Below are positions 62,896-64,000 of a stretch of DNA of 64,000 nucleotides, in pieces. The position numbers and the translations under genes are program-made. Source of the stretch: Vicugna vicugna (taxonomy: Eukaryota); assembly GCA_013265495.1 (NCBI GenBank), contig MU058824.1, positions 2,693,111 through 2,757,110 on the forward strand, read 5' to 3'. The notes beneath the pieces were generated by a model. The model was not told where the DNA came from and made no database searches. It saw nothing but the letters and a program-made list of their open reading frames with translations. Every line of letters starts with the position of its first letter. Position 1 is the first letter of the stretch.

Positions 62896-63664
62896 GAACT
62901 CTTGTACAGTGCTGGTGGGAATATAAATTAGTGCAGCCACTATGGAAAACAGTATGGAAGTTCCTTAAAAAAAACTAAAAATAGTACTACCATATGACCT
63001 AGCAATTTCACTCCTGGGTATATATCAGACAAAAATGAAGACTCTAATTCAAAAAGATACATGCATCCCAATAGCACTATTTACAATAGCCAAAAAGACA
63101 TGGAAGCAACCCAAGTGCCCATCAACAGATGACTGGCTTAAAAAGACATGAGAGAGATATATATACACATATACTCACAATGGAATATTACTCAGCTATA
63201 AAAAAGAATGAAATATTGCCATTTGCAGCAACATAGATGGACCTAGAGAATATTATGCTTAGTGAAATAAGTCAGACAGAGAAAGACAAATACTACGTGA
63301 TATCACTTATAGGTGGAATCTAAAAAATAATGTAAATGAATGTATATAAAAAACAGAAACAGACTCACAGACATAGAAAGCAAACTTATGGTTACCAAAG
63401 AGGAGAGAAAGGAGGGAAAGGACAAATTAGGAGCATGGGATTAACAGATACAAACTACTATACATAAAATAGGTAAGTAACAAGGACTTACTGTATAGAA
63501 CAGAGAATTATACACAAAGTCTTGTAATAACCTATAATGGAATATAATTTAAAAAACAAACAAACAAACAAAACCAAAAACTGAATCACTATGTTGTACA
63601 CCTGAAACTTACAGAATGTTGTAAATCAACTATACTTCAACTAAAAAAAGGAAGAAGAAGAAGA
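62896..63664 (+). mobile_element. 5'-truncated cetartiodactyl-type L1 (ORF2 end plus 3' UTR) with TSD, inserted in an L2
   Basis: gctggtgggaatataaattagtgcagccactatggaaaacagtatgg...tgtaaatcaactatacttcaactaaaaaaa; TSD agaagcagtccttga (62881-62895) and ggaagtggtccttga (63665-63679). Confidence 0.9.
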
Positions 63665-64000
63665 GGAAGTGGTCCTTGAAGCACAAGTAGAATTCTGAAG
63701 CAGGGGGAAGAATATTCCAGGCAGTAAGAACAGTAGAAGCACAGACTGGAGGTGGGAGATGGTGTCGTATGTTTGGAGAACATTTGGGCTAGAAATAAGT
63801 GGCTCTCTCTAAGGAAGGAGAGAGGCAGAGAGGCAGAGGCCAGGACAAGGTAGCCGCATACCATGCTTCCATGACGGGACCACAGAAGGGTTTTAGACCA
63901 GGGAGCAGTAACGTCAGGCTTAACTTTCATAAAGACTATTCTGGCTACAAGGTAGGGGATCAGCAGGAGGGGGTAAACGAGGTCAGGGACACCAGCAAGA

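Overview
Repeat-rich, non-coding mammalian DNA, either a very long intron or an intergenic region. I can support no protein-coding gene: the ORF-track entries are chance or low-complexity ORFs or decayed LINE remnants. The repeat content is eutherian (many MIR and L2 fragments, old L1M pieces, MLT1/MLT2 solo LTRs, hAT/MER DNA transposons). I see no Alu, B1/B2, Bov-tA, PRE-1 or Can-SINE, and the young L1 3' ends resemble the camelid/cetartiodactyl type, so a camelid source is likely (inference from recalled consensus). The most notable observations are: (i) three small TSD-flanked retroposed inserts nested in L1 elements (a tailless 5'-half tRNA-Gly(TCC), a polyadenylated ERV-LTR-like transcript end, and a short old L1MC-type tail inside a younger L1); (ii) a set of minus-strand splice signals, including a candidate recursive splice site (YAG|GTAAG) with a possible RS-exon, which hints at a long minus-strand host transcript; (iii) several repeat-free blocks with developmental enhancer-type motifs (PBX-HOX plus MEIS, octamer plus paired TAAT/ATTA, ATCGAT). 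I found no evidence for a new multi-gene system. Repeat subfamily names are recalled from memory and boundaries are approximate.
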